Of a stretch of 64,000 nt of DNA, positions 13,964 to 28,152 are shown in pieces (position 1 is the first letter of the stretch; each line of letters begins with the position of its first letter). Below the pieces are notes generated by a model, which ran no database searches, was not told the origin of the DNA, and was given only the letters and a program-made list of their open reading frames with translations. Position numbers and translations under genes: made by a program. The stretch spans positions 176,452,001 through 176,516,000 of the forward strand of contig NC_042998.1 in assembly GCF_006345805.1 (NCBI RefSeq). The letters are read 5' to 3'. Source of the DNA: Octopus sinensis. Lineage: Eukaryota.

Positions 13964-14954
13964 GATGAGTATAGAATATATCATTTTAATTGTTCTATTT
14001 CTTTTATATACAGTTTGAAATTTCAACATTTTTATCTAAACCTGTCCAATGAGACACCGAATCATCGCTGCTTGCAATGTTAAACATTTGTAGTATTTGA
14101 CAGTATTTCAATACAGCGGAAATACAACAGAATGGCAGAATTGTCAGTCTGTCAGACGAGATGTCTTATGTTATTTGTTCCAATTCATTGCACCCTTCGG
14201 TGGTAGACTTAACCCGTCATGCATTTTAACATCAACATCAGCCTTTAGTGGATTTCACTCAGTTACAAGCCTTTGGGTCGGGTATCTGGTTTTAGAAAAA
14301 AAACCTCTTTGTCCCACTCGATCGACGACAACTGCCCTTTCTTCCCTGACTAAACGGTAACAAATATCCTTTGCCCATGAGTTATATTGATACGAAGGAA
14401 GAAGTTGAAAGTAAGCGAAAGCCTTGTAGCTAGGGTGTTTGAGTCACGGTTGTAAGGTAGATTTGTTTCCTGGATCAAGTGGTACTTCGTTTCACGTACT
14501 CTTGCTTATTCAAATGAAAATGAACACTGGCCAAGCTCTGGTGCAGTTCGTCCTCTCTTCTCCTCCAGCTGTCACAACGTCAATGTTCCGCAGGATCGTG
14601 AATAGAAAGACCGAGGAGGGGTCTATATCGACCCACCAATAAATAGGGACCTTAAAAGGAAACAATTGCCGGAAGCATGATACATACTATCCGGTCATAC
14701 TCGGCTGCAGTTGCCAACAACGGGATTTTCATTTTTTTTTTGTTTTTATTTCATTTTTCTTAAGGTAATAAAATTTTCTTGCCTAATGTTCTGGTCTTGT
14801 GGAACCCTTCGCTATAACAAAATCTGTAGAACAATAAGAGTTGGCGGATAGTAGTTCTCCACTTCAGTATTACAATAAATTGTCCTTGATTTCATTTTTG
14901 TTGTTTGGAGACACTCACTACTTGGAACGTTATATACCACGGTTGATAGACGTA

Positions 14955-15155
14955 CGGAGTGGGCCAAAAGTCACTCAAGAAATAAGTTCGATACGCCCCA
15001 GAATTGTCAAAGATATGTTTCAGTTTTTCTAAAATTGAATGAAATAAAATAAAAATAAATGATGAATACACACACCGTTGTACATGGTGGACAAAATAAT
15101 TATAAAATAATATAACATGTCAAATGTTTTGGTGCTTGACTTTTGGCCCACCCTG
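14955..15155. mobile_element. Tc1/mariner-type MITE (201 bp)
   Basis: 19-bp TIRs CGGAGTGGGCCAAAAGTCA / TGACTTTTGGCCCACCCTG (17/19 match), flanked by TA on both sides (14953-54, 15156-57). Confidence 0.85.
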
Positions 15156-15359
15156 TATTTCAAAGAATACTGTTATCTGACTACTCAGATTCCACACACT
15201 ACCACTGACCGTCTTGGAAGACTATTCGATTGATAAAAAATACCAGTAACAGATTGTGGATAATTCAAATTCCACTAAATTTGTCTGTTAGCTAATTCAA
15301 TTTATTATATATTAAGGCACAACAGTAATATATATGATTGACGTTTCACTTGGTTACAT

Positions 15360-15630
15360 CTCTCTCTCTATCCGCTCAGTCGAAGTCGACTCTCGGTCAC
15401 TCGTTGGATCAGTGTCCTCCAGTCAGTTCTATCCTGGGCCGCTTCCTTCAGATTGGCCATGTCCATTCCGGTATCACTCCTGATGGTGTCAAGCCAGCGG
15501 GTTCTTGGTCGGCCTCTTTCTCTCTTGCCACTGACCATTCCGAGCATGATGTCCTTCTCCAGGGATTCTCTCCGCATAATATGACCAAAATATGCCAATC
15601 TACGCTTGGTGATCCCAGCTTGGTTACAAC
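15360..15630 (-). mobile_element. RTE (BovB-like) LINE 3' end
   Basis: ITKRRLAYFGHIMRRESLEKDIMLGMVSGKRERGRPRTRWLDTI...DRTDWR...VTESRLRL is the typical RTE ORF C-terminus. Confidence 0.9.
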
Positions 15631-15634
15631 ATAG

Positions 15635-15668
<34 letters not shown>

Positions 15669-16321
15669 ATATATAATATATATTTACATACTACCAGCAA
15701 CATATCGAGGGTATTCAACGTAATATACACCGTCCTTTCCTAACTCTGCTTTAGCGATTTACCAGATTCAGTAATTATATATTATTGCAACTGTAATCAT
15801 CATCATCGTCGTCGTCGTTGTCGTCGGCAGTGTTGGCAGCGTCGGTGGCGTCGGTGGCGTCGGCGTCGTCGACATCGTCATCAACATGTTATCTGGTTGT
15901 TATTCTCTAGTTCACCATTGATATTGTTATTCTATTAGTTAGTTTTACATGAAAGAAACTTCCTTCATTGCACAGTTCATATATTTTCTATATATATAAG
16001 CTTTGTTATAGAATCTTCACCCAATCCACTCATTCACCTACACATTCGTCTGTCTGCCTCTATTACTCCGCCTCACGCTTCATCTCATCCTGGTTTTTCT
16101 TTCTGTCATGTTTGTTTACTGACATACGCTAAATAAAAGAAACCACTATTATTTCCGCTATCTTGCTGTTAGTTTCTTTATACCTTCACCGCTAATGCTA
16201 TGTAGAACTCCAAGGTGGGACACCCACCGACCGCATTGCCCGACTGACGGGCCTGCCTCAGTCCTCGCTTGGTCCAGGAATAATAATAGCAACAACAACA
16301 ACAACAATAATAATTTTAATT

Positions 16322-16490
16322 ATCTTTTCTACTATAGGCACAAGCCCTAAAATTTTGGGTGAGAAGGCTAGTCAATTACATCGACACCTGTAGGCAAATG
16401 GTACTTCTTTTATCGACCTCAAACGGACAAGAAGCAAAGTCGATCTCGGCAGAATTTGAATTCAGAACGTAAAGACGGACGAAATGCCGA
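16322..16490 (-). mobile_element. SINE family C fragment
   Basis: Reverse complement of the 54235 element body (TTCAAATTCTGCCGAGATCGACTTTGC...GGTCGATAAAAGAAGTACCA). Confidence 0.7.
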
Positions 16491-16499
16491 CCATGTGTG

Positions 16500-17515
16500 G
16501 TCAATCAGCCTCAGTTGTTCTGTCAGAGTTGACCAGAAAATTCGAGAGGATGGTGACATTTTTCACACTCAACCACTGGCTCAGGATGGCGTCCATACCA
16601 TTTAGTAAGAGTATTTGGTAGTGCTTACATATCTTCCAATATAAATATTGTCCTAATCTGTCATGGTGATTCTTATTTTCGTTTGGTGTTAGCACAGGAC
16701 AGCCCGAAGTGAGATAGTCTATCGTTTTATCAAGTGAATTGCAGAATCTGAATTTTGGGTTAGCACCGTTTTTAATTACACTGACCCGTGTAATTTCTGG
16801 TAAACAATCTTTGGTCTTGTACTGCATGTATGAAACCTTCTGTTTCTGCTTTCAGCCCTGACATTCTCAACTACTGATGGATTCCTGCCTGGACATCATT
16901 AGCATTTTGACGGAAAATATACTGTTCATGCAAGACCTTCTAACTCCACCGTTCACCAAGTTGTTTCTGCTCATTCTTTTTAGCACTCTGTTTGATTCGT
17001 TTTACTTTCTTGCGAGCAGCAGTTTCAAGTTCATCCAGAATCAACGTCACGTCCCCATGCGAATTTACAAGCTTCCTTGACAACAGAGTGCGACTTTTTA
17101 CTGCTTTCACGTTCGTACACAAACTACAGTATCCAGCTCCCTGTCCTAGATAACTGTTCATTTCTTTTGCAGAGGTTTTATAGTAGAGTTCTAATTGCAT
17201 CATTCTTCACCCCTCCACTGCTTTCTGCTGGAATTCTGTGGGATTCCAATAAATGATATTAAAACTGTACGAGACTGCTGGGATTGCTGTTGCGTTAATG
17301 GCCCCGATGCGATTTTTAAGGCTAAATTCAATCTTCTGTACAAGTCTCATTCTCCTGTAGCAACTCTTTGTTCTTTCTTCCTTCATAGTGGCAAGACTTC
17401 GTTTAAATCAAGTATTTATGAATATCTTGTGGGTCAAGATCCTCGATGATAGTGTCGATAGCTAATTTAATGGACGCTGCTTCTCTGAGCTTGCCTATAA
17501 CAACAGCTGCTTTAT
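16500..17515 (-). mobile_element. Decayed R4/Dong-like RLE LINE fragment
   Basis: ..GLKAETEG..; NPKFRFCNSLDKTIDYLTSGCPVL...HDRLGQYLYWKICKHY. 5' side abuts a (TAA)n-type array. Confidence 0.8.
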
Positions 17516-17540
17516 TACTATTATTATTATTATCATTATT

Positions 17541-17577
<37 letters not shown>

Positions 17578-17619
17578 CCATCCTCCTCCTCCTCCTTCTT
17601 CTTCTTCTTCTTCTTCTTC

Positions 17620-17660
<41 letters not shown>

Positions 17661-18176
17661 TGCTACAAGGGCGATGGATGAAGGGGACAGTTAAAAATAT
17701 ATAAAATATGGAGATTTACATAGGAAATCGAATAACAAAAGTATATAAACAAACGATCTATATATTTTACTTAATGTAGACACAAAAAAAAAATTAAACA
17801 AAATATAAAATCGATGATATAAAAGTATGGATGGTCTACGAATATCGAAGGATGATGATGATAGCAATGGTGATGGCAGTGATGATGATGATGATGATGA
17901 GGATGATGATGAGGAGGAGAGAGGAGGAGGAGGAGGAGGAGGAACAAAAGGAGATGGGTGAGGATGAATGTCCTCTTGATACAGAAGAACCTCCATCTAC
18001 AGCCTGTCTGGGAATCCCACATATCCAAGATCAGTCTGAACTCCAAGTGCAGGGTCTATAGGGTGCTCCTGACCTCGGGCATTTGTAAGGGATCCCATGC
18101 CCACACAGTCTAAGAGTGTGTGTCGAGTTACGAACCCTAGGATGCTCCATGCTCCCACCTGAATTCATAAATACAT

Positions 18177-18270
<94 letters not shown>

Positions 18271-18288
18271 TATATAATATATATATAT

Positions 18289-18322
<34 letters not shown>

Positions 18323-18383
18323 TATGTGTGTGTGTGTGTGTGTTGTATCTATCTATCTATCTTTCTATCTATCTATCTATCTA

Positions 18384-18421
<38 letters not shown>

Positions 18422-18686
18422 TAAGTAGATACCTGCACACATACATATATAGGAACAGGTATACATAGGCACATATGTACATACGTTCATACATACCTAT
18501 GCATATATATGTTGTTGACATCACATTTGCTAGCATGAATGTAAAATATATTACAAATGGCGAAGCAAGTTTCTTTTATGATGACACTTGAAATGACATC
18601 ATTACAGCTACATATGCATTATGCATACATACAAGCATATAAAAACATTTATGCGTATATATATACATACATACATACATATATAT

Positions 18687-18775
<89 letters not shown>

Positions 18776-18902
18776 CATATATAATATATATAAATACATA
18801 TATAAATACTAAATAATATATATAAATACATATATAAATACTAAAAACCTATCCATTCTTGTTGCTTCTTTCTCGCATATATAATATATATATATACTTA
18901 CA

Positions 18903-18934
<32 letters not shown>

Positions 18935-19339
18935 TAGAAAAAATGAGGTACATGCATACATACATATATATATATATATAGATATATATATATATACATA
19001 CATACATACATATACACATATAAATACATATGCATATACTTATATATATATGTATGTATATATATCTATATGTATATGTATATATATATAATATATATAT
19101 AAACATATATATATATACATATGAACATATATATATAAGCACACACACATATATACATACGTATACATATATGTGTGTGTATGTACACACACATATATAT
19201 ATATATATGTATATATATATGTGTGTATGTGTATGTGTGTATATATATATATATAGACTAGATACACACACGCACACACATGCGTATGTGCACACAAATA
19301 TGTCTGTGTCTGTGCCAGTGTATGTGTATCTCTGTAAAG

Positions 19340-19381
<42 letters not shown>

Positions 19382-19574
19382 TGTGTGTGTGTCTGTATGT
19401 GTGTGTCTGTGTGTGTGTCTGACTGTGTGTGTGCGTGCGTGTGTGTGTGTGTTTTGTGTGTTTGTCTGTCCGTGTCTGTGGGAAATGTTTTATATTATAT
19501 TCCATCGAATTTCTTTTTCTCCTGCTGTAATTTTCTTTTCAGGAGTTTGCATTCATTTTTAGAGATGCTTTTGC

Positions 19575-19980
19575 CAAAGCTGTTGATGATGATGATGCTG
19601 TTATTGTTGTTGTTGCTGTTCTTGTTGTTATAGATGTTCTTACCGCTGCTACTGCTGCTATTTATTATGATGGTGATGACGACGATGATGATGATGTTTT
19701 TTTTTTGTCTCTTCTCTGTCATATATCAGACAAGTAAATCTATAGTCCACAATTATACAATATTGGTATCCATTATGCATTATTATTGCTGTTGTTATTC
19801 TTGTTCTTCCTGTTATTATGATTCTGCTATTTGTTTTTCGCGGTGCTGCAACTACTGCTGCTGCTGCTGCTGTCTTTTGTCTTAACTTTTATTTCTATTG
19901 TCTTTTTTATCGTTGTTATTATTATTATTGCTAATGATGTTCCGGTAGTTATGTTGGTTTTATTGTTGTTGTTGCTGTTG

Positions 19981-20017
<37 letters not shown>

Positions 20018-20085
20018 CATTATTATTATTATTATCATTATTATTATTATCATTATTATTATTATTATTATTATTATTGTTATTA

Positions 20086-20129
<44 letters not shown>

Positions 20130-20306
20130 TAAAAGAAATCATCATCATCATCATCATCATCATCGTCGTCGTCGTCATCATCATCGTTGTTGTTGTTCTT
20201 CTTGTGCTATTATTATTATTATTATCATTATGCTGGAAACAAGAAACACGATAACTGCAACAACTACTACTACTACCATCACCACCACCAACAACAACAA
20301 CATTGT

Positions 20307-20369
<63 letters not shown>

Positions 20370-20680
20370 CACTACTACTACTACTACTACCACTACTACT
20401 ACTACTACCACTACTACTATATTGCTGCTGCCGCCTCCGCTGCTACCACCAGCACCAGCACCAGCACCGCAGCCGCCGCAACGACTACTACTACTAATTC
20501 TGGTATTGTTATTGTCACTATAATTTTGGTTTTACTGTTTTTGCAGCTGTGGTTCTTGTTATTGTTTACGTTGTTGTTGTTGTTGATGATGATGATGATG
20601 ATGGTGGTGATGATGATGATGATGGTGGTGGTGGCGTTGGATGATAATTTCAATGATGATGATGATAATGATGATGATGC
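19575..20680. repeat. Composite trinucleotide microsatellite array
   Basis: Successive (GAT), (GTT), (GCT), (TTA), (CAT), (CTA), (CCA) runs. Confidence 0.95.
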
Positions 20681-22048
20681 GCCTGTTGTTGTTTACCTCA
20701 CATCGACTCAGTTTTTCTTTTGTCTGAGACAAACAATGACATCAAGATGAAAAACAACGAAATTATATACATACATATGTATGTATAAACGCACACGCAT
20801 GCACGCACACACACACATACAGCACACGCAGACACACATACACATATATCTCCATATCCTGACAATTCTTATTATTTGAAGTATATTGTGAAGTGAGCAC
20901 CATTGTATAAATGTTAGCTTCCGATGAATCTATTTCACTTCACTTGCAGGCTTAATACCTTTTCTATTTTTTTTTTTTGTATAAAACATGAATACCACAC
21001 AATCTTCTTTGAAAATATTTTTCAAATATATGACTGTGTGTCGCTGTCAGTAATCCATATGTAGACATATATTGACAGGGAAATATAGTGTAGATAAACG
21101 TTTAGTGTGGTGATTTTGCGATCCAGTTTCGATTTCCAATAGTGGTCATTTCACTGTACAGTGTCATTGATGCTCTTGAGAAAAGCATTTACGTCGCACA
21201 AAACTCATTTCAGTACTTCCCTCGTGAGACTTTGCAGCCTGTGTACAGGATATAGACTATGTACTTGATAACCTAACTCCTTGATAGTTTTATCATTAAA
21301 ACTTTTGGTGTTTATCAACAAAAGTTTGATAGAATAATTACGTATTTATAGGGTATTTACGTCATCAATAATTCTGTGAATTATGCTATTGAAAAGTTTT
21401 CAAAGATTGACGTAGCAAGAATTGGTGTGGAGGAAGAAACATGAATACCATATTATATTCATTATTTTCTTTATTTTTCTACATTTTTCTTCCTTTTTAG
21501 TGGGTTTTATATCCCGCTCGTGTCAACTTTCCCAACCCATTTTTGTTTTATTAGTTAAGAAACCTGCATCCAGTAATCGCGGTGTCAACTAGAAAGTTCA
21601 GGAGTATGGAGCTACTCAGAAGTTGCTTCTAATCTCAGATGTGCTATCTCGTATCAAATGTCTGGTATCTGGTGATTGTCAATGATCCCAGAATGAGTCA
21701 AAGAGTATATGATGGTTCTGTGTCTAAGATATGCAGATTTCGGAGGAAAGATGTCCTCCTGGCATGTATTACATGGATCCACCGGTGAGTTAGTCTGCCC
21801 TAATGTTGTGTGACCCAGTTCCCTTAACTAAGAGTTAAATACGCATGTGGTGAATGGGAGACTTCAATAGGCCTTAGGCGAAAGGGGGACTAACAGAGTA
21901 AATTGTAAATTCACCGTGAGTAGACTATATCTCCCCGCCACCACCACCACCAAAACTCATGAGCCTTCAGACTTTCGAATGAAGATCCATGGTCACCGAC
22001 ACTAGTAAAATATATATAGTACATGGAGAGATTAAGATAGGGAGAGAG

Positions 22049-22093
<45 letters not shown>

Positions 22094-22254
22094 AGTAACT
22101 AACGACCCAAACTACACTATTTCTCTCTTGCTCTCTTTCTCTCTTCCTCACTCCTCACGAAGCACAAGGACGGAAAATGCTAAACTATTCTCTCCACAGT
22201 TACACTAATTAAATTGATTAAACTCTTATGTAACCCCCAAAACGATTAAAGCTC

Positions 22255-22478
22255 CTTTCGAGTCATATAGATTCATAGGGCCGGTTTCCCGATTTCTGTG
22301 GCGTATATATTCCCCGCCTGGACGGGACGCCGGTCAGTCGCAAGATTACTCATTTTTGCCAGCTGAGCTGGAGCAACGTGAAATGAAGTCTTTTGTTCAA
22401 TAAGCTAAGGACGCATAGCCTGGTATAAGAATTGAAATCGCTGTCCAACAATTTAACCACAAAGCCACGCGCCTCCAC
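22255..22478 (-). mobile_element. SINE family B
   Basis: Homologous to 13015-13265, including most of the tail. Confidence 0.8.
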
Positions 22479-24714
22479 TTATATAACTAATTATTTCTAT
22501 CACAGACTTCTTGATTTATCCTTTTCCTTCTATTCTTCTCAAGTTGATACCATAAATTTTAATTATTGTTGCTGTTATCTAACTTCAAGTCAGTTCTGAC
22601 ATATTTGACTCATGATTGAAACCGCTCCAGATGTGACCATTATTAAGGACTACCTTATCCAATGGTTCTTCTCTTTTTTTAAAGACAAATGAGTGTGATT
22701 TGTGAATATTTGGCTTCTATTCCTTCCAGGTTAGACGACTACAAATAGGTCCTCCGTTTGCTTGACAAAGCTATTATTTCTGCGGTCGTGCTGATTGACT
22801 CTACCACCTGAGTATAGTTTTAAAATGTGTTAATATTTCATGATATGCACATATTTCATCCTATGGTTTATCAGTTGTTGTTAAGGTTTCGAATGCAGAA
22901 ACATTCAATTTTTCAGTAAGATTTCCTTTAATCTGTTTGAAACAATCGATGAAGACTGATTTGTGTTAAGTCGTGGACTAGAAGCAGAAAGCTAAGTTGT
23001 TTATTATTTATTTATTATTTTTTTTTTGTTCTTGCTCAACTCTTCGATCATATTTTAAAGTGCATAAATATCTATCTCTACAATAACTATATCCAAACAT
23101 TACATAAATGGCCAACTCTCCTTCTTAACTTACATATATAATGTTTTTACTTGCTCAATAATTATTAGTAACTATACATCTATCGTTAACCGTGCAATTT
23201 ATTAACTATACGCCAGACTACCGCTACGCATAATATCCAACGTACTAAGAAAACAGTGAAACCATAACAATAAGCTTTCCTTAAAATGAAGAATAATAAA
23301 ACGATAAAAATATCAAACTGAATAAAAAATTAATTATACATTTATAACATAAATGTAATACTGCCGCTCCTTAACTCGCAATATGGCTAGTAACAATGAT
23401 ACTGCCAGAACCAAACGAAACTGGGCAGAATATAATGTCAATACTCTTATGAGCACTTGGTTCAACTTAAACAAACACAATGAAATTGATGCTAATATCT
23501 GCAACACGATTATCAGGAAATTCGTCTATCTCTTATGACAGCGTTCGAGATAAATTGAAAACAAAATTAAAGAAATCAGCAGATGGTATTACGTAGTTCG
23601 TAAACACGTGGAGAAACTCGAAATAATGGTAATCATAAAGAAAACAACAGCGTTAATGACTAATCTGACTTTATTTCATTCAGACAGTCAACAATAGCAG
23701 TAACAACAACATCCTAATTAATGTGCCAACCGAAGTGGCCTGTACGTGATCGTTCTATCTGCGAGAAATAGCAGCCAAATCTTCAGCAAATACCCTGAAA
23801 CGCGTCTGTAGCTGTCTGACTGGCAGTGTGAAGCGGCTGACCTCCCTTGTTCGAAGGTTATAATGGACAGAGTTTGTGTGTCAAATAGCTATCTTAAGGC
23901 GATGGCCTCATGGAGCTAATCAGCGACAGCTTTTAGTCTTATATCTATAAGACTGCCATATTAATATGGCGATAACAATTAATTTCCAGTAACGCTGCCG
24001 TAATCTCTTTTAGAGAGACTTAGTAATTTTAATATTTCTATTATTGAAAAAAAGGAAAACATATTCAACAATGTACTCATAAATAGACAAAAAAGACGAA
24101 TTGATCATGGCTGGAACGCTTATGGTCATAGGCCTCAATTGAGAATGAGCTGGTATTGATACTAATTAACACCCTGTAGAAGTTAGTATAAATAATTCTT
24201 TAGTAAACGATCCCAATTTAGGTATTCGTAGATAGCCAATAACTGAAACTATGAAGAACCTTACCTCACATCACCTTCAAATTTACCCCCTGCTGCCGCA
24301 ACAAGTCACTCCAATTGAACATAGTAATAATAAATACAAGTACTCAACTCAGCTAAACAACAGCGATCAATAATTCATTATTGTTTGACCGTTCTCACAA
24401 ATTTACTCTTGGGGCGTTTTTGAGACCATTCAGCTCTGATGCGAAAATACTCGAATGTATTGAGTTCAAGTACTTTCATGAAGATTAGTGTGTTTGGTGG
24501 CGAATCCAGAGTAGATGATGGTGCCTTCAACGTCCACTATCAAAACTGATACATTAGCTGAAGAACAAATATTACCGACCATTGCGCCCAACAACTAACT
24601 GAATGGTATGGTTTAGAAGCCGTTCTCAAATGAATCACAAGAGGTAATAACTCTCTTAACCTTATTCTGACAGATTTACTTGATTTGTTTCTGGTGATCA
24701 GGTGTTTGTACCGC

Positions 24715-24891
24715 ACATTAGCTCACTGTGCAGGTGCACAGTGTACCGCACGTCATATGTCGGAGTGATCGCAGAGCAACGCAAGATGAAACGTTTTGCT
24801 CATGAACACAATGCACGAGCCTGTCAGAGAATCGAACTCACGATCACGCAATCGAGAGTGCAAAACCCTAACCACTAGGCTACGCGCCTTC
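24715..24891 (-). mobile_element. SINE family B head with a different tail
   Basis: GAAGGCGCGTAGCCTAGTGGTTAGGG...GAGTTCGATTC head; tail unrelated to the 13015 copy. Confidence 0.7.
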
Positions 24892-25355
24892 GAAATGTTT
24901 AGCATACCGCTATATCAGTAGGATTACTTAATCACTGTAAGCGGTAACAGACCAGATGGTCTTTGCAGTCCAAAAGTTTGCAGTCCTTAAAGCATCGACT
25001 GTCTTCTGACTAGAAGCTTTTACAACCAGCGACGCTTACAACCCTTACATCCAGTGATTATTACAGCGTCTGGTCTTACAGTCTCGCTGCCATTTCGATA
25101 TGTGTTGCAGCAACAAGACATGACTAATATCAGATTGATCTATCTATCGTTCTATGTACACTGTCATCTATAGAATAAACTAATATTTATCGTGAACATA
25201 AATTAATTACTTTGTAGCTTGTGTTCTCACTGAAAGCACGAGTTCGCTGTATTGTCACAACATATATCAATGTACAAACACAAATCTGTATCACATCTAG
25301 CTATCTGTCTCTCTCTGTCTCTGTATGTCTGTCTGTCTGTCTGTCTCTCTGTCTC

Positions 25356-25388
<33 letters not shown>

Positions 25389-25389
25389 G

Positions 25390-25474
<85 letters not shown>

Positions 25475-25489
25475 ATATATATATATATA

Positions 25490-25614
25490 TATCATCATCA
25501 TTGTACGACCGTGGTCGAGACAATGGAATTTACCATGCTACGCCAGACTTTACGGTCCATCATGGCATTACGGAGGTCCTGTTGCTGGATGCCTGTATCC
25601 CTGTGAGATTACAT
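25490..25614 (-). mobile_element. Short RTE-like LINE 3' end with (TGA)n tail
   Basis: ..DTGIQQQDLRNAMMDRKVWRSMVNSIVST.. followed by TGATGATGA. Confidence 0.7.
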
Positions 25615-25619
25615 CATAT

Positions 25620-25687
<68 letters not shown>

Positions 25688-26215
25688 ATACATATATATT
25701 ATATCACACACATATAGTATAATATAAACATATATATGTATATGTGTATATACACGTGCACACACATATATCGATTAACGAATGACTAAGAACAGAAGTT
25801 ACGCAACCATTTTTATCAGCTGGGATACGTATGTATATAAATATGAAATGACTATACATGCAGAGATACATTAGTGTTTCTGTCTGCATATTTATTATAT
25901 ATATCAATGTTTCACTGTGTGTGTGTGTGTGTGTGTGTGTTGTGTGTGTGTGTGTGTGTTGTTGTTGCAGAAGCTTGAAATGTTGAGTAGATGAAACAGC
26001 CGACAACTAATGAATGGTCGTTCTTTATTTTGTTTGTCTTGTTTTCCATTTGTTCCTTTCGTTGTTCACTAAAAAAGTTCGTATTCCATGTTTTCGTATT
26101 CCGTATTTCATGTTGTTTACGTTCTATGACGTCCTATACGCATATATGCATGTGTATATAAATGATAGATCGTTAGCTTCTACACGCATTTTTTTCTCTC
26201 CTTGTTTTTTTCTGA

Positions 26216-26257
26216 GTATCTTTCTGTCGAAGAGCGTAGGCTCGAAACGTAAAATAC
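26216..26257 (+). ncRNA. Minimal hammerhead-like motif with U6 (CUGUCGA), same family as 28153
   Basis: GTATCTTT-CTGTCGA-A-GAGC(GTAG)GCTC-GAAAC-GTA-AAATAC. Flanks 26165-26350 are homologous to 28085-28265 and 61545-61740. Confidence 0.55.
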
Positions 26258-26386
26258 TTTTTCTATTTCTATTCCTGAGCGCTATACTAATACATTTGTT
26301 TCTTTGTACTCCACCTGCCTTCGTCTTTTGTTTATTTTCGTAAACTTTCCCGTTATATGTATGTATACATGCATATATATGTATTA

Positions 26387-26444
<58 letters not shown>

Positions 26445-26446
<2 letters not shown>

Positions 26447-27360
26447 AAAATAATCCCAGGATGGAATTTGTAAACATTTAATGCATCGCTACGCGCGTTT
26501 CCACAAATTACATGTCTCTTAAGATTACAGTCCATATTCCTGGAATGATTACAGTGTAGTCTGTTGTATCCATGGGCACTGGGTTGATCATCTTCGTGGA
26601 TTCATTTCTTCAGGCGATATAACATTAATGGGTGTACAACAGAGGATTGTTTATCCCTTTTGACCAGTGAGAAGGTTGATTGAGTTATGTGGATATTTCC
26701 GCATGTATTTGCTGGGGAGAAGGGGAAGGTAATGGAAAGAGAGGGAAGAATGTTAGGTATATGGGGATGATGGTGTGTGTGGTGACGTTGGACTTATTTT
26801 ACTATTCAGTTTGCAGATGTCATTTAAAGCATGACCTACTTCAATAAATTCTGATGTGACCAGGTCAGCAGGTACAGCCACTACAGCCATCAGCTGTTGG
26901 AGTTCATTGTCTGAATTGATAAATGATACTTTCTTAGGATGACGTTTAATTATTTCTGGTGGTACAGTGGTATAGTGTATAGCATCCTAAACGTTGCTTG
27001 GTTTATTTGTTTGTGTTCTTTCCTTGTTAAGGGCGGTTGATGTTATTCGAACAGTTTTTTTTTTCAAATGATGATCACTTCAGAGTGTCTCTTAATCACA
27101 TTTTCCCTGGATGTGATGATTTCCAGAATTACATATATACCCCTATTGGTTTTTTACATTTTAATTCAAAGCATTACTTACAAGTATTACTGTATTATTT
27201 TGGAACATTGCTTAAACAGCAATACAATTTCATGATTTCGCTTGTAATAATAATACTGGAGTACCCGAGCCGTCAATAAGGTCGGAGTTATTATTGAAAA
27301 AGTTACCCGATGACAGTTGATTAGAGAATGTGTTACTAAAAATATCTAATTAACAGAACT
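26445..27360 (-). mobile_element. Penelope-like element 3' remnant carrying the 26485 hammerhead
   Basis: Broken peptide EIITSREN..KR..SE.III..K...NNINR recalls the GIY-YIG C-terminus; purine-rich tract on + strand; terminal hammerhead motif. Confidence 0.4.
26485..26618 (-). ncRNA. Type I hammerhead motif at the end of a PLE-like remnant
   Basis: Minus strand: ATCGC-CTGAAGA-[~105 nt, helix II CACGAA/TTTGTG offset by 8 nt]-GAAAC-GCGC-GTA-GCGAT. Palindromic helix III ACGCGCGT. Confidence 0.6.
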
Positions 27361-27494
27361 AAATTATATTTGCCACACCAAAAATACTATGCAGGTATGT
27401 TTCATTGTCCAATAGAGACATGCATACGTACATACATACATACATACATACATACATACATACATACGTACGTACGTACGTACGTATGTATGTA

Positions 27495-27830
27495 CTCTCC
27501 TCTCCCCTCCTTTTCCATCCCCCTCCTCTTCTCCTCTCCTTCCTTCTCCCCCTTCCCTCTCTTCTCTCCTTCTCCCCCTCCCCCTCTCCTTTCCTTCCTT
27601 CTCCCCCCTCACCCCCTCATCTCATCTCATCTCTCTCCTCCCCCTCATCTCTCCTCCCTCCTCCTCCTCCCTCCCCTCTCTCCCTCTCCCCCTCATCTCT
27701 CCTCCTCTCCCCTCCCCCTCATCTCCTCTCTCCCCTCCCCCTCATCTCTCTTTCCTCCTCCACTCCTCTCTCTCTTCTCCCCCCTTTCACTCTCCCCACA
27801 ACCCCCACTCTACCCCAACCCCCAGCCGAA
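27495..27830. repeat. Polypyrimidine/polypurine low-complexity tract
   Basis: About 330 bp almost entirely C/T, with many C3-C6 runs. Confidence 0.9.
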
Positions 27831-28152
27831 CCTATACCCCACATGGGCTTTCCCCACCTCCCCACATCACACCACACTACACTACACTACACCATACGAC
27901 ATTACACATCACATCATACATACATACACACGTCCAGACCTTTCATACGTACATACATACTCACTCATACACACACGCACCCTTATGTTGGGGCGAGGTC
28001 ATTTGACCCTGTTATCTCCCCTACTATCCCTCTTGCGTCTAACGTCTGATCTCTGACTTCTGGCCGAAATCAGACCGCCAATATTGAATCGTTAGCTCCT
28101 GCACGCATTTTTTTTTCTATCCTTGTTTCTATCCGTGTTTCTTTTCTGTGTA

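Noticed and set aside
24265-24352. Minus-strand segment with plausible acceptor and GTAAGG donor
   Set aside because: All three frames contain stops; no other support.
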